64,000 bases of DNA from a bacterium. GTDB taxonomy: Bacteria; SAR324; JACQKK01. The stretch spans positions 1,248,001 through 1,312,000 of the forward strand of contig OZ251219.1 in NCBI GenBank assembly GCA_965240465.1, read 5' to 3'. Positions within the stretch are counted from its first letter, which is position 1. Each line of letters begins with the position of its first letter. Shown here one piece after another: positions 59,806 through 64,000 of the stretch. The position numbers and the translations under genes were made by a program. Under the pieces are notes generated by a model. The model was given only the letters and a program-made list of their open reading frames with translations, ran no database searches and was not told the origin of the DNA.

Positions 59806-61596
59806 TTAACGCATCAAATCCAAAGCCATTTGCTTGCCCGCCTCGCAAAGTGCCGCGGTAGCTGCTTCACTAAGTAGACTTTCCGCGTACACACGCATTT
59901 TAGGTTCAGTTCCAGAAGGACGGAGCATCAGCCACGAGTCATCATTAAGGTAAAACTTGTATCCGTCCCTACGGGAAATCTGCTTCACTTGGTATTCGCC
60001 TCTAGAAGTTTTCCAGACATATCCTGGGTGAATTTTATCAAGTGCTTGGAATTTCTCTTGGACTTGGACTACTGATAACTGTATAGCAAATGCTTCTTGC
60101 TGCCAATAATGCTTGCCTACTTCTTTCTCCAGTGAGGTAACCAAGGCACTAAGCGGCTTTTGATAATGCAAAGCAATTCGCATAGCCAGCAAACCAGATA
60201 GAATACCATCTTTATCAAGAGTGTGATTGGCTATGGTAATGCCATTGCTTTCTTCATAAGCTACCATGGCTCCATTCTTTAGCCAAGGACGAAAGTTCTT
60301 GAATCCCGTAGGAGTAAGGTGTACTTGACAGCCTCGGGTTTGGGTGTATTGCTGAGCAAAATGGCTACTCGCATAAGAAGTCACCAACGCACCACGATAA
60401 CCAATATCCAACAAATACTTAGACACCAAAGCCGAAAATTGATTCATACTGATAGCACCATAGGCATCTCCTACCAAACCGCGATCTCCATCGGGGTCAT
60501 TGCGAACTGCTATCTGTAAAGCTCCCTGCTTGTTTAACTCAGACAGAGCATCCTGTAGTGTATCTGGACTGGGTTCGGTGTTTTGACCGTCAAAAAATGG
60601 ATTTTCCTCTGTGTGTAGCAACCGTAAAACATCAGTCCCCAGTCTTTTCTGTAGCTGGTGATACACAGGCACCGCAGCCCCCCAAACAGGATCAGCTACC
60701 ATCAGCACGGAGTGATTATCTTTCTCTCGATGTAGCTCAGCGGCTAGCTCCTTTAATCTGATAGCAGGGTGCGTGTCCATGGAATCCAAATAGATGTTGT
60801 GCAGGCTATGGATGCTAAGACCATCCCTCAGCTGTGCTCGTTCCCGTCCTTGCTTGATGCACTCCCTTAGCTCTGCTTCCGTTAGCCAATCCTCTGGAGA
60901 AAGTGCTTGTAGAAACTTATTAGCTCTTTCAGTCAGCGGATCGGTCAGTTTAACATCAGCCAGTCCGCCATCGGTGGGGCTGTACTTTATTCCTCCATAG
61001 CAAAAAGGATTATGACTAGGGGTGAAATTCAGAGATCCTGCCCAGCCCAGCTTCGGTGTTAACAACGACAACTGTGGAGAAGCCATGCGTCCAACATAAT
61101 CGGCCCTGAAGCCCGACTCAGATAGCAACCAAGCGGCATAACAGGCAAAATCCTCATTGAATAAGCGATTGTCATGACCCAAAATAAAACCACGCTTTTT
61201 GACCTCTTCAACTGAGGACGACCCGCAGTACTCCAAGCGTTCCACCGAAGACATGCCCTGTACTTGCTCAATCAAGGCTTTTACAATGGCATGGACGTGT
61301 AATATGGTCAGTCCGTACCCTAACTTGCCACGATGACCACCAGTGCCAAACATCAGGGGCAAAAGCTCTTCCTCCAAATGGCTAGGGTGAGCATAAACCC
61401 TTGTTTTAAGGCAAGTACAGGCGAGAGCTAGCAGCTCCTTGGGAGGCGGACTCAATACAGAAGCCCATTCTAGCAAGGGAAACAAATCTCCTTGTTGCTG
61501 TATGCAATCGCGGACGGTAGTGGGTGCACCTAAGGAAGTGGCAAAATCTAAGACGATCCTTAACTGGGACCTTAAGAGCTGAATAGCAGAACTCAT
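59806..61596 (-). CDS. phosphoglucomutase/phosphomannomutase family protein
   Basis: FGTGGHRG, TPSHNP, DPDGDR, EESNG, RPSGTEPK.RVY. Confidence 0.9.
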   Translation of the reverse strand: MSSAIQLLRSQLRIVLDFATSLGAPTTVRDCIQQQGDLFPLLEWASVLSPPPKELLALACTCLKTRVYAHPSHLEEELLPLMFGTGGHRGKLGYGLTILHVHAIVKALIEQVQGMSSVERLEYCGSSSVEEVKKRGFILGHDNRLFNEDFACYAAWLLSESGFRADYVGRMASPQLSLLTPKLGWAGSLNFTPSHNPFCYGGIKYSPTDGGLADVKLTDPLTERANKFLQALSPEDWLTEAELRECIKQGRERAQLRDGLSIHSLHNIYLDSMDTHPAIRLKELAAELHREKDNHSVLMVADPVWGAAVPVYHQLQKRLGTDVLRLLHTEENPFFDGQNTEPSPDTLQDALSELNKQGALQIAVRNDPDGDRGLVGDAYGAISMNQFSALVSKYLLDIGYRGALVTSYASSHFAQQYTQTRGCQVHLTPTGFKNFRPWLKNGAMVAYEESNGITIANHTLDKDGILSGLLAMRIALHYQKPLSALVTSLEKEVGKHYWQQEAFAIQLSVVQVQEKFQALDKIHPGYVWKTSRGEYQVKQISRRDGYKFYLNDDSWLMLRPSGTEPKMRVYAESLLSEAATAALCEAGKQMALDLMR

Positions 61597-61609
61597 AGAA
61601 ATTTGCAAA

Positions 61610-63034
61610 CTAGGAATAATGGGTGCGTAATCCTGAAAGTACGTGCTTCCATGGAGCAGACTGTAAAACCTCGCCCCAAGCGACAAATTTTTCGGCAAAG
61701 CGGAATAATTTTTTGTTGAAGGCTGATTTGTTATTGGCGTCCCAAGCGATTAAAGCCTTTTCCAAGGGCTGTGCTAGCGTTTTAGGAGCTTCTATGCTCG
61801 GATGACATGCCAAAGTACGCCAAAGTAACTGGATCTGCAAATAGGCCTCATCGTGGATGCCACTAGCTGTATGATAAGCATTGGTATAGCAAAGCATGGC
61901 TTGCTTATAAAATTCATTGGGGGATATTAAATAAGGATGCAGACTGGATACCTTACGGATCAAAGCCTGACCGTAAGATTTAGGAACACGCAGAAAAGGC
62001 TCACGAGCAATCACGAAGCGATTTTGGTACATCATATGAACGAAATGGATTGCTTCTTGGTTAACTGCTTCCAGAGTTTGTGGATCGGGCTTAAGTCTGA
62101 TGGATGATTGTAGGTTGTTCATGGCAATACGAAATCCAGAACGCATTCGGCAATTCTTGGAGTAGCGAATAAATTCTTCTTCCACCAGAAAACGAGATTG
62201 CTTCTGACGACGAAAAGGCCATCCAAATGGAGGTAGATGCTCATGCAACAAAGCTGAAGGATAACTTATCATCAGGCTTAGTTTTTGAGCACTATCTAAA
62301 AAATGTTTCAGAGTATTTTGTCGCCATGCCACTATCCCCTGATTTAACCATGGCTCCCACAACACATATTGCTCCCAAATTAACTGGCAAAAATTGAAAC
62401 CATTCCGCAATTGCTTAAAATCACTGGAAACGCTCAAAAGAACTCCCGAGGCACTCACGGCTGCTTTATGTCTGAATGTCATCGGGGAGGTCGGCTTAGA
62501 TCGCCATGGCAAAGGAGGTGGCTCATCTATCGCGGTGTGAATGTGCTTCATCTCTTGGGGAAAAAGTGCTGCCGCAGCACTCAGCCAACTAGATAAAAAT
62601 CTAGAAAAATATGCCATATTCATCATCAGCGAATCGCAGGCATGACTATCGGGCAACGCCTTCTTTGCGTGAAACTCAGCCAAACTTAGACCGAGTAAGG
62701 AAATCCTCTCCTTCAGGCAACTTGGAAATGATGACAAACCTTCCTCAGATTGGTTATATTCCAAACAGTCTGCTCTCTGCCAACTGGTATAAAAGCAAGA
62801 AGCCTCAGCTGGAAATCCCCCTGCTCCTAAGCGAATAGGTAGTATCTGCTTGCTCTTCAAAACCTGAACCCAACTACGTAAATTATCCTCGGCTACATGA
62901 AGCAAATTATGGCAATCACGCTTTTCTATCTCACAGGCTATGCTCGCTAAATTCGCTTCAATGCTCTCAACGGCAGATATATCACGCTCGTGAAGAACGG
63001 TGGTTCGCATCAACATAGAAAACATCCAATCCAA
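61610..63034 (-). CDS. hypothetical protein
   Basis: 474-aa ORF, no recognised motif. Confidence 0.55.
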   Translation of the reverse strand: MDWMFSMLMRTTVLHERDISAVESIEANLASIACEIEKRDCHNLLHVAEDNLRSWVQVLKSKQILPIRLGAGGFPAEASCFYTSWQRADCLEYNQSEEGLSSFPSCLKERISLLGLSLAEFHAKKALPDSHACDSLMMNMAYFSRFLSSWLSAAAALFPQEMKHIHTAIDEPPPLPWRSKPTSPMTFRHKAAVSASGVLLSVSSDFKQLRNGFNFCQLIWEQYVLWEPWLNQGIVAWRQNTLKHFLDSAQKLSLMISYPSALLHEHLPPFGWPFRRQKQSRFLVEEEFIRYSKNCRMRSGFRIAMNNLQSSIRLKPDPQTLEAVNQEAIHFVHMMYQNRFVIAREPFLRVPKSYGQALIRKVSSLHPYLISPNEFYKQAMLCYTNAYHTASGIHDEAYLQIQLLWRTLACHPSIEAPKTLAQPLEKALIAWDANNKSAFNKKLFRFAEKFVAWGEVLQSAPWKHVLSGLRTHYS

Positions 63035-63129
63035 GGGGGCTATTGGTAACCTTACACGATAACATACAATGATACTTAATTTCAGACATCAGGCAACGAC
63101 AATAACCCAAAAATGATCTCCTTGCAGAC

Positions 63130-63777
63130 ATGAAAAAAAAAATCAAAACTACCAACTGGCCCCGCTGGATGCAAAATCAGCTGCTAAATAGGGGAATTAC
63201 TCATCAGAGGGTACTTAATGCCATCGCTGAAACCCCACGAAAATTATTTGTCGCTCCTGATGACTCCGCTTTGGCTGAAGAGGATATTCCTATAAAAATA
63301 GGCGAAAATCAAACCATCTCACAGCCTTATGTGGTCGCTCTAACGCTGCAGGAAACCAACCCGCAATCTTACGAAAAAATACTGGAAATCGGCGCTGGCT
63401 CAGGATGGCAAGCTGCTTTGCTTGGCAAACTCTCTCAAAAAGTACACACCCTAGAAATACGACCTAAACTCTTCTCGCAGGCAAAAATAAATCTGCTGAA
63501 ACTCCAATGCCACAATGTCCACCTCCACCTTGCCGATGGCAAACTAGGATGGAAAAACGCTGCCAAATACGATGTCATTATCTCGGCCGCTTGCGTCCCT
63601 AAAATCCCGACCGCCTGGACCGAACAACTCTGTCCAAACGGAAGACTGCTCGCACCAGTCGGAAACACACACTCTCAACAACTTTGGCTCTTGAAAAAAA
63701 TGCCCGATGGAAGCATCAAACACAAAATACTCACCGAAGTTAAATTCGTACCGCTGGTCTCGCCCACTGAACTATAA
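63130..63777 (+). CDS. pcm: protein-L-isoaspartate O-methyltransferase
   Basis: QTISQPYVVA, LEIGAGSGW, V.FVPL. Confidence 0.93.
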   Translation: MKKKIKTTNWPRWMQNQLLNRGITHQRVLNAIAETPRKLFVAPDDSALAEEDIPIKIGENQTISQPYVVALTLQETNPQSYEKILEIGAGSGWQAALLGKLSQKVHTLEIRPKLFSQAKINLLKLQCHNVHLHLADGKLGWKNAAKYDVIISAACVPKIPTAWTEQLCPNGRLLAPVGNTHSQQLWLLKKMPDGSIKHKILTEVKFVPLVSPTEL

Positions 63778-63880
63778 AAAAGCGGGGGCGGGGGGCTGGC
63801 GGGCTGGCGGGCATCTTGACAAAGGATAGGGCTAGGCATACTTTGTTTGTTAGGTGACTGTATTACCTCAGGAGAACAGC

Positions 63881-64000
63881 ATGGCAGGAGAAAACAAAAC
63901 AGAAGGCAGTATTAACACAGCAAATACTTTGGGAAAAACACTTCTTGATGTTTTGTATACAGCGGTAGATCCCAAACGCTTTGCTGTGTTGGTTTTTACC
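63881..64000 (+). CDS. N-terminus of a gene truncated by the window end
   Basis: TTGACA at 63816, AGGAG SD, open frame MAGENKTEGS... Confidence 0.55.
   Translation, partial: MAGENKTEGSINTANTLGKTLLDVLYTAVDPKRFAVLVFT

Overview
Bacterial chromosomal segment, mostly housekeeping genes (lolA, serC, lysS, the rimP-nusA-infB-rbfA-truB-rpsO-pnp cluster, valS, tig-clpP, hemH, gatA, ilvE, apaG, xth, smc, ispF, rho, coaD, pcm) and 4 tRNA-like genes. Gene content (RomR-like gene before valS, FlhG/MinD plus J-domain-HTH pair, tRNA-Arg(UCG)) suggests a deltaproteobacterial/SAR324-like lineage (inference). Unusual elements: (1) a stand-alone, intact, divergent BPP-1-type phage major-capsid-like gene with its own promoter and SD, inserted between truB and rpsO, with no other virion genes in the window; (2) a tandem ~1.65-kb [promoter-tRNA-Leu-methyltransferase/Mrr-like fusion] cassette whose two copies have near-identical flanks but different target-recognition regions, one carrying a tRNA-Leu body with a CGG (Pro) anticodon; (3) a CI-like repressor lacking its catalytic Ser, divergent from a Cys-motif gene and a GT4-GT2 glycosyltransferase; (4) a PvuII-like type II R-M pair; (5) dozens of unrelated short tandem arrays (multiples of 3 inside genes, any length outside) and a kb-scale sawtooth in G+T versus A+C strand skew that seems independent of gene direction. 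All calls come from reading the sequence and recalling family motifs; no searches were run.
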